Part shown: in pieces, positions 23,930 to 35,966 of the stretch
Position numbering within the stretch: position 1 is the stretch's first letter
Layout of the letters: each line of letters begins with the position of its first letter
NCBI GenBank assembly: GCA_009103225.1
Contig: RHPI01002955.1
Location: 92,486-156,485 of the forward strand
Reading direction: 5' to 3'
Length of the DNA stretch: 64,000 nucleotides
Source: Chlorokybus atmophyticus
Taxonomy: Eukaryota; Plantae; Mesostigma and Chlorokybus algae
Notes under the pieces: generated by a model
Seen by the model: only the letters and a program-made list of their open reading frames with translations
The model's database searches: none
Told to the model about the DNA's origin: nothing
Made by a program: the position numbers and the translations under genes

Positions 23930-25400
23930 GTCTGACATCGCGCTGGGCGCTAATCCCGCTCTCCGGGGGCTCACTCCAGGCAGTTGTCAAGAGCGTTTCT
24001 CTGCACTCGAACAGGCCCATCGTTATCGAATGGACCAAGCTGCCCAAGTGGACGCGCGCCGGCAAGGGTACGAAGCCGCACACGCTGTTATCGTGCCGAC
24101 CGTAGCGCCAGCAACTGTTGCCAGCGCCTCTACGGCGCTGACAACAGCGTACTCCACGTCAATCGCCATCGAGCAGCCAGGACACGCAACTGTTGCAAAC
24201 CAAGCGAGGGCGTTGGCGCAACAATTAAGGGGGGTAATCACCCCGCTGCTGCCTCCTTTGGTCGAAGACATGCCTGAGGATCAACGCGATGTTGGGCGAG
24301 GGTACCTCACCCCTCAAGGGGACACCACACAACGAGGAGGAGCTGGTATGGTGGGGGAGCAACAACTCCGTACCGCACTCATTCGGCAGGCAGTCATGCT
24401 GCACAGGCCTGAGGGCAACACATTAAGACAGATGATGGGGATGCAAGAGGGCAGCGCCGTTCGAGCCCGTCTCGTGACATGGCTCGTTGCCAATCACCCT
24501 GCTGTCCCCCTGTTTGCCTTTGGCAACCGAGCATCATGGTTGGGGGCATTCGTTCGTTCGCTGCGACAAGCATACGACGAGGCTGCCACCACAGTCTCGG
24601 ACACGCTGGAGGGGGTGCAAGAGGCAATGCTGCGGCTGCCAGGGGTGGAAGCCGCACGGCAACGGCGGCGCATCGCCATTGCTCATGAGCTACACGCACA
24701 GCAGACTGACCTCCAGCGCACCCTACGCGCTCGCGCCATGACCGTGCTCGATGTGGGAGTGGTACAAGGAAGGTGGGATGCCTACATGGCAGGGATCTTG
24801 CGAGTCCCCACCATTACTCACGACATGCGGCGACAGCTACTACGCGCCGTATACCTGCAGCCCATGCCTCAATATCATCATATGATGATGCATTTGACCG
24901 ACACGGACACCGAGCCCACGGCCACGTGGGAAGGGACATTGGTTAGAGAAGCGGCTCATGCTGTTCGATGGACATACGCCGCGGAGCAAGCTGAACGCGA
25001 GGCAGGCCCACAAACACCGGGTCCGCCGGGGTTTCCTCTACAGCCATTAGGTACGCCCGCGGGCATGATTCCAGCTTCGCAGAGGCGTCGTCCACCTGTG
25101 CCGCCACCACAACCAGCGCCGGAACCTCCAGCACCGAGGCCCCCCCGTGTCTACCAACCACCACGACAAGGTCGGTTCGGCAGAGGGAGAGGGCAAGGAG
25201 GGGGTTCTCCGGACCCAGCAGGCAGAGGAGCTCTGGCTGCCATGCGCTCAGCACCTGCAGCTGAGACAATTAAGTCAGAGGTACAGACACCTCGTATGAA
25301 AAGGCTGCGTATCGACGCCAATGCTGCCATGGTGGCCAACCAAGCACGTTACCATCAAAGGTCTGGCACCCAAGCGGGTGATGTTGGACACCGGAGCACA
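22730..25400 (+). pseudogene. gag: gag-like region with two zinc knuckles plus long downstream ORF segment
   Basis: CHACGKAGHFIEQYP and CNHCGMDGHLKVL knuckles; ORF 23637-25496 is Ala/Arg/Pro-rich; upstream part frameshifted. Confidence 0.65.
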
Positions 25401-25750
25401 GCCTGTCATCATCGGGCGCTTCCTCGCGCGATCCCTAGGCATAACCAGCTCCGACTTGGTGCCTTGCCCGTACGTGTTGGACACTGCCACAGGTAGCGGA
25501 AATAAGGTGATGGGAGTCACCAGGGAGGCCTTTTGCATTCGGTTGACAGGGCTGGACCCAACCCACACGACCGAGATCGTCCAGCAATGTGTGGCCACCA
25601 ATGCCGGCTCCTTCGACTTTCTGCTTGGGCAGGACTTCAACTTCCCTATGGGCATGGGCCTCGACTGCTGGACAGAGCGAGCGTGATTTCGGCCACATTG
25701 GGATAAGGATGACGGAGAGGTACAGGGTTTCCTGCCTCTTGAGTTGGTCT
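25321..25750 (+). pseudogene. Retropepsin aspartic protease
   Basis: RVMLDTGAQPVII..SFDFLLGQDF. Confidence 0.88.
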
Positions 25751-25980
25751 CGCGCACGCGCGCCCAACGCAAAATGGCTGCCATGGCCACACGCAGACAT
25801 GCCCGCACCCGGAAGGCTGTAATGGCCACATACGACGGCGCTCGGACGCAAGTTGCTGCTGGTACCACGGTCCAGTGTCGAACCGTCGACTCCTCTCCCA
25901 TCCCGTACAACGAGAAGCAGGAGGATGCCACCGTGGAAGTAGCATTACAAGACCCAGCTGAACGGCGCTGACGCGCACAG

Positions 25981-27070
25981 GTGGACGCACACATCCTGCT
26001 CAGCCATCCACTGATCACCACGCGCTTCCCCAACTACCGCAGCCACGTCAAGGTGCAGGACCATATGGTGGCCACCGGAGTGGTGGAGTTCCACACCTTT
26101 CGCAGGCAACAGGGCATCACAGTGTTGGAGCTGTTTGGAGGCATTGGCAGTGGTCTTGCTGCGGTCCTCAACACGGGCGTGAAGGTTATCAAATACTATT
26201 ACTGCGACCCAGACCCACACGCGCAAACGGGCCTCAAGCACCACTTACGCCAACTGCACGCCAGGTATCCGCGTCAACTACCCCTCTCGGCGTTGCAAGG
26301 CAGCCTCAAAGCATTGCCACAGGACGTCCGGCTGATCACTGAAGATCACCTACTGTCCCTCGGCAACGTGGACTTGTTAATAGCTGGATGGGAATGCCAA
26401 GGGCACTCCAGGGCAGGCAAGGGACAAGGCCTTGAAAACCCTCGCTCCAGGTTGTTCTGGGAGCTGATGAGGATCATCCACCTCTTTCAACACCACCAGA
26501 TCTCCAGACCCCTGGGGTACGTCATCGAATGTGCATTCAGAGGACGACAAGCGTCCGCACGTGGCCTCCAGCTACCGACAAGTTTGCTCCATTCTGGGGC
26601 ACCCACTCAAAATGAACGCTGCACGACATGGCTCGCGCGCACATCGTGTACGTGCCAAATGGACAAACTTGGCCACCGTGGAGGAACTCATGACCGCCGA
26701 ATACACACGCAGCGCTCGGCCGCGCAACCTGCTCGTCGACGACATCCTTGACCCCGGCCGCACAGCACAACCTGTCCTGCGTCATGACCACAACCACTTC
26801 TACCAGTGCAATCAGACCGGTCAGCCCCGTCGCGCACTCCCCACATTGGTGTCCTACCCGGGCTCCTACGCGTTTCGGAACGGTGGTGACGGGATGGTAT
26901 TTGATGCGACCACCAACACGCCGGAAGAACCCAACGCACGCGCACGTATACGCGCCATGGGATTCTTCCCCAACAGCATCACGGGTTCATCGCTGACGGA
27001 CAGTCAGCAATGCCAGCTGCTTGGTCGCGCCATGGACCAGAACAGCATGGTATGGCTGCTGGAGCTGAGC
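25981..27070 (+). pseudogene. C5-cytosine DNA methyltransferase (DNMT3-like) within pol; frameshift at motif VI
   Basis: Motif I VLELFGGIG; motif IV DLLIAGWECQGHSRAG; RSRLFWE; motif VI ENV split by a frameshift (atc g-aat gtg, 26524-26533); motif VIII AHRVRAKWTNL; motif X-like LLGRAMD. Confidence 0.92.
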
Positions 27071-27299
27071 TTCGCGTTACAGGACCGCCACGTGTCCTTC
27101 GAGGATCTCGAACACTTGGCTGGGGGGTGGGCTGATCGCGTAGCCGACACCAAGGCAGCTCACACAGCCCTCGAGGTGGTCCACATGGAGGAGCAAGCGG
27201 CAGTGACAGTGGAGGACATTCCTGTGGTTGCCAATGCAACCTCCTGGGACCATGCCATTGGCCCGTTGGCCACAGAAGACACTCGAGAGAAGCTGAAGG

Positions 27300-28680
27300 C
27301 TCTCCTCAACAAATGGAGGAGCCAATTCAGCTTCAATGTGAAGGAATTGGGTACATGTTTATTGTACCAGATGGACATCGAGCTGGTGGACACTGAGCCG
27401 GTGTTCCGACGACAATACATGCTCTCCAAGTTGGAAGAAGACTTGGTGGAACAGAGATGTAAGGCGCTGCTGGATGCAGGCCTTATCGAAGAGTCCACAT
27501 CGGAGTTCGCAGCAGCAACCGTCATGCCACTGAAGAAGGATTCAGCAGGCAACTGGACAGAGCGACGCATGTGTGGCGACTATCGCCCCCTCAACAACAA
27601 GACCAAGCAAGACCGGTACCCCATGCCCACAGCAGAGGGTATTTTTAATGTTGTGGGAGACTGCACAGTCTTCAGCATCCTGGACATGCGTCAGGGGTAC
27701 AAACAGATCGCCATCAAGGACGAGGACAAGCACAAGACCTCCTTCTGGGGCAACCGACAGTTGTACCAATGGAAGGTAATGCCGTTCGGGCTGAAGAATG
27801 CCCCCGCCAAGTTTTAACGCGTCATGGACAAAGCCTTGAAGGGGCTGGACTGCGCGCGGTGCTACATCGATGACATCCGCATCTTCCGCCGCAGCAACGA
27901 GGAGCATCTTCAGCACATCGAAGCTGTGCTGGAACGACTCAAGGGAGTGGGGATGACCGTACACCCCGACAAGTGTACCTTCTTCACCCACAAGGTGCCG
28001 TACTTAGGGCACATGATTGTGCCCCATGGTGTGTATGTGCAGCAGGCCAAAGTAGAGGCTCTGGCAGCTATCACTGCCCCAACAGACCTCACACGCCTGC
28101 GCGCTTTCTTGGGACTTGCCAACTACTATCGCCGGTTTATGAAGGACTTCGCGAAGATCGCAAGGCCCCTCAACGAGCTACTGAAGAAGGAGGTGGACTT
28201 CGCGTGGAAGGAGCCGCAACAGCAGGCCTTTGAGGAGCTAAAGAGCAGACTCACCAGCGCTCCCATCCTTTAACGTCCGGACTACGTCAACCTTTTCATC
28301 CTTCACACCGACTGGAGCAAGCTGGGGATGGGAGCGGTGCTGGTGCAGTACGATGAGAACAAGAAGGAACGGGTGGTGTCATACGCCAGCCGAAGCAACA
28401 ACAGCGCCGAGGCCAACTACAGCAGCTACGAAGGGGAGTGCCTCGCTGCAGTGTGGGCCATCCCCTTCTTCCGCCCTTTCCTCTTTGGTCGACATTTCCA
28501 ACTGATCACCGATCATCAGCCCCTAAGTGGCTGATGACCAACCAACATCTGATAGGGAAACTTCCTCGATGGGCTGTTACAGGAAAACGACTTTGAGAGT
28601 GACCACCGCGCTGGCCTCACCAACCAAGACGCCGATGGCCTCAGTCGCAACCCTCACCTCAGTACCAACGACGCAACTGG
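27300..28680 (+). pseudogene. pol: Reverse transcriptase and RNase H
   Basis: RMCGDYRPLN..DRYPMP..LDMRQGY..VMPFGLKNAP, CYIDDI, RAFLGLANYYRRF, TDWS..GAVLVQ..E..A..TDHQPL. TAA at 27815 and 28271. Confidence 0.95.
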
Positions 28681-28919
28681 AGCGCGGCATGAGCTCATCC
28701 CTGCAGCAATAGCCCCCACCATGGCAGCCATGTTTGCTGCTGCCGCGTTGCGCTCAGGGCGTAAGACCAACACCACGGCCTCAGCAGTGGTAGAGGCGAT
28801 TCCTGCCCTTGAGTCGACCGACCCTGCGGCAACCACACCCTTGGGAGACGCCCACGCAGCAGACATTGACGTCGATGGCACAGAGCTGGCGCCCACCGAC
28901 ACCAGGCAGGACATATGGC

Positions 28920-30010
28920 ATGACAGGCCATCACTCTCCTTTCTTCAAAGTGGCCATCTTCCCTCCGGCATGAGCGCTCGAGAGAAGGACCGGGTCAACC
29001 AACGCACCCGTCACTATCGATGGGCAGGTGACAAGCTGTATCGCCGCTTCCACGACGAAGACAAGGAAGTGCCGACACCAGTCACGCGCGAGGGCATCAT
29101 CACTTCCCTCCACACTGAGCTTGGACACTTCGGTGTCAAGCGTACAGTCAGCCTAGTGAGGGCGCAATATTGGTGGTATGGATTAACAAAACAGGTGCAA
29201 AGGTTCGTCAACCACTGCCAGCAGTGTGACATGGTGCGCGCCAGCCTCAACACGCGTAGCGCCACCTTGCACCCACTCCCTATCTCCGGCCTCTTTTACC
29301 GCTGGGAACTCGACATCTTGGGGGACTTGGCACCCTCAGCACGTGGCAACCGTTACATCCTGGTCATGATCGAGCACTTCTCCAAATGGGTGGAGCTGGT
29401 GCCATTACCCGATAAGAGCAGCAGGGAGGTGTCTCAAGCCTTCCTCTCTCACGTTCTCAGCCGATTTGGCAGTTGCGCCGAGGTCATCACTGACCAAGGT
29501 ACTAAGTTCAGAGGGAAATTCGACACCCTCTTGGAAAAATGTTACATCGACCACCGCCGTACCTCGTGTGATCACCCTCAAGCCGACGGCCTCGCCGAGC
29601 GTACGGTACAGACCATCAAGAAGGCACTCCGCAAATACGTGCTGGAGTACGAGAAGAACACTTGGGATGACCACCTGCCATGGGTGGCCCTTGGATATCG
29701 ATTGTCAAAGCAGGCGGCTCTGCGGGAGTACAGCCCGTACTACCTGCTGTTCGGGCGACCACCATTGCTCCCCTTCCGTGCGCAACAGGAGGTGGATCGC
29801 GTCGTGAACAACCTCGACGACCCTGACTGGATGCACCACGACATCACCACGCGCGCCGCACTTTTCGAGCGCACCGTCCCCATGGCCTTCAACAACCTGC
29901 GCATCGCGCAGCATCGCGACACGCTGCGCTACGAGCGCGTACGCAGTGGCTTCTACAAGGAGCGACAACGGCGGTTCCAAGCGGGGGACTTTGCCTATCG
30001 CATGGCAGCC
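28920..30010 (+). pseudogene. DDE integrase
   Basis: HHCC LHTELGHFG..CQQC; catalytic WELDIL, VITDQG, GLAERTVQT. Open within ORF 28721-30331. Confidence 0.93.
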
Positions 30011-30204
30011 ACCAAAGACACGCTTGACACCTCCGTAGGCCGCACCCTCTACAAGGTACTCAAAGTGTATCCCACAAGGGTGCTGGACCTCCTTGGTCAA
30101 AACGGAGAAAGGTTGAAGGACAACATGGTGAACTGTGCGCCATGTCACCTTCCTTACGTAGCCGGCTTCGGGCGTATCCAGCACCCTCGTCCTGCGCGCA
30201 GCAC

Positions 30205-30346
30205 ACGCTGTGAACACTGCGGCAGCGCCGGCAACGACGCACTCATGATGCTCTGCGATGGCTGCAACAAAGGCCTGCATTGCTACTGTCTGGAGCCACC
30301 TTTGGACACGATACCTATGGAAGAATATTGATGCGACGACTGCCGT
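30205..30346 (+). pseudogene. PHD finger fused to integrase C-terminus
   Basis: CEHCGSAGNDALMMLCDGCNKGLHCYCLEPPLDTIPMEEY*CDDCR (C4HC3). The conserved Trp codon reads TGA. Confidence 0.9.
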
Positions 30347-30417
30347 ACCAACGGCCCTCCTCACTTGCGCTAGCAGCTGAGCTCTGGAGCTGGAACCTTC
30401 CCCAGAGCACATGGGGG

Positions 30418-31494
30418 GTGGCTTGTTGACTTTGTATGCTACAGCACAGCATGTTCTTAGGGAGAACACCGACTCCATCTGCCCGTACTACCCAGCAGCA
30501 GCACACCAGCTGCACGAAGCACTTGTCACCATGAGGGTGGAGGTCATCTTTCTGTTTTTGCTACGCGTTACACAGGTGGCGCAGCAGCATGTCCAGCACA
30601 GCATGGCTGTCCATGCAGCTGTCCAAGACAGCGTGACCCTCGACTCCCCTCGACCTGACAGCTGTCATGCCTATCGCCCAAGCATGCCAGTCATCATCGG
30701 GCATGCCTACAGCAAGACCCTCGCCCGGCTTACCAGCATGGCAACCCACGCGCGTCTCTGACCAGTAGCTAGGTCATGTCTCTAGAGTAGCTCATGACCA
30801 TAGCCTACATAGGCACCGCGCGTAGCTGTTCAGTTGTGAGTTCAGTTATAAGTCAGGTTCTATATCGAGTGGGAATTTCCTGTGGAAATAGCCTCAATAT
30901 GACCGTTAGCTTATGTTTTGGACAGTCATTGGTTGACTTGTTTAAGTAGGCACAGTGTTCACCGGATCAGCTGGTGACACTGTAAGTGAGAAAGCTAAGA
31001 GCTTGTGAAGCGACTTGAACTACAAAACACCGTCCTGGTTCCCAAGAATCCCCTCACCCTGTGAGAGCCCGTGCATGTTCGTGTGCACTATGCTTGTCCT
31101 CGCTGTGAGCTTTGTATACTTGGTCGCGGTGTGCTTGTTGGCATCAGTCAGGGCATAGCATCCACGTGTTGCTTGCTCATTCACCTCACTTAACAGTGTA
31201 ATTTCTCTTCCACTCACGCAAAGAACTGTATAAACAGCACTACCTATCGTAGTGGCTTGTTGACTTTGTATGCTACAGCACAGCATGTTCTTAGGGAGAA
31301 CACCGACTCCATCTGCCCGTACTACCCAGCAGCAGCACACCAGCTGCACAAAGCACTTGTCACCATGAGGGTGGAGGTCATCTTTCTGTTTTTGCTACGC
31401 GTTATACAGGTGGCGCAGCAGCATGTCCAGCACAGCATGGCTGTCCATGCAGCTGTCCGAGACAGCGTGACCCTCGACTCCCCTCGACCCGACA
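30418..31494 (+). repeat. B-A-B terminal repeat: two 243-bp B copies (4 differences seen) around a 589-bp A
   Basis: B1 30418-30660 matches B2 31252-31494. The B1/A junction is the palindrome TGACAGCTGTCA (30656-30667). Confidence 0.92.
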
Positions 31495-31496
31495 GC

Positions 31497-34400
31497 TCAT
31501 CCCCAGGCCTGTGTTGCCTGTTGGCATACATCTTTTGCCTGTCTTGTGCTGCTCTTAAGCAGTCTTTTGCATGTGCCAACGAGGCATGCATGCTCTCTGC
31601 GAAGTCTCTAGCCATCGGCACTTTGCTGAATGGCTCGACATTCAGAGACATGGGTGTCAACACATGACGACCGTAATGCCTTTTTGAAAGGAGTGCTTCT
31701 TAGCGACTCATGCCATGCAATGTTCACAGCGAACTTTGCAAGTGGCAGGTACACATCCCAATCATTGAACCTAGGTGACGTGTAGTGGCGTAGCACATCT
31801 TCCAACACCTGATTGACGCGCTCCGTCTGTCCGTCACTCTGTGGATGGTAAGCAGTGCTCAAGCTCTGCTTAGTCTCTAAGTACCGGCACATAGCCTGCC
31901 AGGACTGGCTCACAAACTTGGGGTCACGGTCAGACACCAACTCTTTGGGTACAGCGTGTGATCTGAACACCGAGTTTACAAAGACAAACACAAACTCTTG
32001 CGCATCGATGTCTGTGCGACAGGGCTCAAATCTGACCATCTTGGTCAAGCGATCAATAAAGACAATGACAGCACTGTGTCCCTTCTTTGTCACCGGTAGA
32101 TCTATGATCAGATCCATGCTCACACTCTCCCATTGATAGTTGGGAATAGCCAAGGGCTTCAGGAACCCTGCTGGCTTTCTGTGCGAGGCCTTGTCTCTTT
32201 GACAAGTGTCACAACACGCGACATATCTAGATGCATCAGCACCCAAGCTCGGCCACCAATACTGTCACTGCAGCTGCTTGATGGTCTTTGCCATTCCCAT
32301 GTGCCCACTGTACACGGAATTGTGTGCCTCAAACAGACACTCTTGCCTCAAGCCGAGTGCATTTGGCACTATCAACTTGCCCTCACGGTACCAGAGGCCC
32401 TTGTGACAAGTGATCTTGTCGTCTACCTGCTTCAGCAACTCAACAAACCATGTGTCGAGTGTATAAGCACTAGGCAAACGCTGTATGATGTCTTCCACAT
32501 CAACGGCCATTGGGTTCTCCCCACTTGGCTCGTGCACTACCAACGGTGCTTCACTGTCTGCTCTCTCGAGCTCAGTTGGCATCTCGCTGGTCTCTGTTGC
32601 CACTGGTGTCTCATTGACAACTTGCTCATGCACAGATGGCAACTCGAAAGTACTGGCACTAGCATCACTTGCTTGTGCCCACCCTTGGCTTCGTGCACGT
32701 GCACGCGTTGTCACTGCCAACAGCAATGGCGAATGGCTCAAAGGGTCTGCCACATTCACTCTCCCTGGTTTGTAAACCCAGGTAAAGTTAAATCTAGACA
32801 AATACTCAGCCCACCTCGCTTGTCTTTTTGATAAGGTTGGTTGGGTCTGAAAGAAAGCAAGGGGGTTGTGATCCGTGATCACATTAAACCCACCTTCCAC
32901 CCCCTCTAAATAGCAACGCCACTCTTGTAGCGCATGGACTACCCTCAACAACTCTTGCTCAGTTGTTGTATGGTTCCTCTCAGCAGGACAGAACTTGCTA
33001 GCATAAGCAAGGGGGTGCCCACTCTGGAGCAACACAGCACCAGTGCCTTCAACAGATGCATCACAGTTTACGTCAAAGGGCTTGGTGAAGTCCGGCAGCT
33101 GCAACACAGGCGCTGTCACCAAAGCCTCTTTAATGGACGCAAAGGCTTTTTGCTGCCTCTGTGACCACCTCCACACGACCTTGTCACGCAACAGATTAGT
33201 GAGAAGGGCAACACGCGATGAGTAACCCAGAATGTACTTGCGGAAGTAGTTGCTTAAGCCTGAGAATGCGCGCAGCTCGTGCACATTCTTGGGACTAGGC
33301 CAATCCTTGACCTTGGCAACCTTCCTTGGGTTAGGGCGCACGCCCTTCTTGCTTACAATGTGCCCAAGGAACTCTAGTTCCTTCTTGCCAAACTCGCACT
33401 TGGGCATGTAAGCTGTAGAAACGATGCGCACGCAGCGTTTCCAACACCTCGCGCACTTGCGCGACGTGCATGTTAGCATCCTTGCTGAACACAAGTATAT
33501 CATCAAGATATACAAGCACTGTCTTCCCGATCAGCTTGTGAAACACACGGTTCATCATAGCTTGAAAGGTGGCTAACGCATTCGTCAGACCAAAAGGCAG
33601 CACTTTGTACTGAAAGTGTCCCACAGGCGTTCTGAACGCTGTCTTGGGCACATCTTCGGGTGTGATCCGGATCTGATGGTACCCACTAATGAGATCCAAG
33701 GAGCTGAACACTGAGGCACCGCTCAGTTGATCAAGCAAACTATCTATGCTGGGCAGCGGATACCTGTTCTTGATGGTCAGCTTGTTCAAGGCCCTATAGT
33801 CTACGCACATGCGTAGCCTGCCGTCCTTCTTAGGTACGAAAAGAATGGGTGCTCCGAAAGGAGAGCTACTTGGCTCAATCAATCCCTTCTCAAGCAAGGC
33901 CTTTATCTGCCCTCCATGTCCGCATACTCAGCTGGACTCAGCCTATACACAGGTTTGAATGGAGGCTGTGCATCAGACTCTAGAGGGATCGTATGCCAGA
34001 CGTCCCTCTTAGGTGGCAATGCAGGCAGTTCAGCTTGAAACACATCAAAAAATTCAGAAAACAGACCTTCAAGGGCCGTGTCTGGTGGCTTGCCACCGGT
34101 CTCACCAACTGAGGTGGAAGTGTCGTCGTTGCCGACGGGCCGGACGAGCACTAGAAGAGGTTGAGCTCCATGGCGAACAGCCCTCTTCACCTGCATGGCA
34201 CTCAACAAATAACATAAGACATCTGTACTTGATGCATTATTAACAGAGCTAACAGTGGGCGCAACATTGTGCCCATCTGCATGCAAGGTCACACGATCTC
34301 GACCTTTGCGTACACTGCAAAGTTTTGTGTCCGCGTTTGTGCGCAAGCCACATGCTTGCTCTCAGTGGCTGCCAACAATGACATCCACGCCTGGCACCTC

Positions 34401-35966
34401 TACTGGGATGACCAAAAGTTTGAGCTGAGCATGATAGCCTTGCACACGCACAGACAAGCGTACAACTCCCCGCACGGGGATCTCAAGCTTGTTCAAGGCA
34501 ACAACCGTGTCATCACACTTGCTGACACGAATGCCTAAGCGTCGCACAAGAGATTCACTCACGAAGTTCTCAGGTGTGCCCGTGTCTATCATCAAGATGC
34601 ACGGCACATGCGCAACAGCAGCCTTGAACAACCAAGTCAAGTCCAGAGTACTTACCTCATGGATGGCAGGGGGGTTATACAACACACGCATATGCCCCTT
34701 ACCTAGCTTGACCTCTCCCAGGACCTGCATGCCTTTAACAAAGCGGGTCCACAACCCAGGACGCTTGGGTACATTCACGCATGCACTTGTGTTGCGCACT
34801 CTTGCTCTTGCAATCCACATAGTGCTTGAGCATGTTTGACAACTCGTCAACAGGTGCATTGAGCAAGACACACTTGCCCGCACAGTCGTGCTGCATGAAT
34901 TGAGTATCTGCCTGTACACCCAACTCGTTCTCCCACACAGCGACATTGCATGGTTGGGGAAGGCGTGACATCAAGTCACTGAAAGCACATTGCGTATCAA
35001 CGTCCATAGTGCAGCTAGCCATTGGCAATCCCTGTTGTATACATGGCTTCTTGCTCTCTTCATGTCTTTCATACATGAGAGCATGGCCCCGAGCAGCATC
35101 AGCTTCAGCTTCACAGAGCTGTGCTTCACAGCTACGCTTACGCTCTCGGTGGTTCTGTACACATGCATAAACAGATGCACCAACATGTCCCTTACTCGGG
35201 ATTGCACAGTCAACGATGTCACTTGACCGTTGCCATTGAGCTATGTTGGCCTCGTGTTGTTGCTGTAACTCTGTTACCTGCTCACACAACGTGGCAACCA
35301 AAGTGGTAAGCTGTCGGGTGGTCTTAGCAACATCATTGCCCCAAGATACCTCCTCTCTTGCTGTATGCTCTTGCTCAGCCATTGCCACAAAGGTTAGGGC
35401 CAACACCACAAGGTAAGGCCCCTGTAACAGATGCACTCACGCGCACACGCGCGCACACGCGCAGCTGGTGCAGCAACAAGCCAATGCGTGTGTAATGCTG
35501 TGTATGTGCAGCAAGAACACACAATCAATGCTCAGATCAGCGTGTACAACGACCCACACCGTGCATGCAAGTGTGCACGCAGCTGGACGCACCAACTAGC
35601 ATGCACAATCAGCTCAAAACCCTGCCATGTAGTGCGTGCAAGCAAAGAATGCAACGCACGCACGGTGCAGCAAGTGCATGAGCTGATGGGCAAGCATGCA
35701 AGGCTTGGAATGCAAGCTCCGAGTCCAGTGTAACGATACCACTCACTTACTTGCTGGGCGGCTTGGCGAACTTATGCACAAGCACAAGGACTTACTACTA
35801 GAAGCCACAGCCCTACCAGCGTCACTAGTGCAGTACCTTGCAGAGGAAGCCACAGCACCGCACCAAGGAGGAAGGAGAGGATGACACCAACCTCTCTACT
35901 CAGCTCCCACACACTCACGCACTCAAGCACACCTCACACACATATGCAAAGCTTCCACGGACATCA
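31497..35966 (-). mobile_element. Conventional Ty3/gypsy, 3'-truncated: putative LTR 35966-35729, protease, RT, RNaseH, integrase
   Basis: MIDTG..FVSESLV; [29 protein letters not shown]; CDAS..GAVL..TDHNPL; WESVSMDLI..SDRDPKF..DGQTERVNQVLE. PBS-like CTGGACTCGGAGC (35728-35716). The LTR call is tentative. Confidence 0.88.

Larger units (their letters stand above)
21695..31494 (+). mobile_element. Ty3/gypsy-like retrotransposon carrying a C5 DNA methyltransferase and PHD finger; chimeric 5' end; B-A-B 3' terminus
   Basis: Starts TGTCACAAC. Domain order gag/zinc knuckles-PR-DNMT-RT-RH-IN-PHD. G-run at 30413-30418. Repeats B1 30418-30660, A 30663-31251, B2 31252-31494. Several stops and frameshifts. 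Confidence 0.9.

Noticed and set aside
29705-30478. Antisense ORF (257 aa) over integrase/PHD, and similar antisense ORFs over pol
   Set aside because: No motifs; expected shadow ORFs in GC-rich coding DNA.
21695-31494. Classification as a DIRS/Ngaro tyrosine-recombinase element because of split repeats
   Set aside because: Aspartic protease and HHCC-DDE integrase are present, and no R-H-R-Y recombinase motifs were seen.
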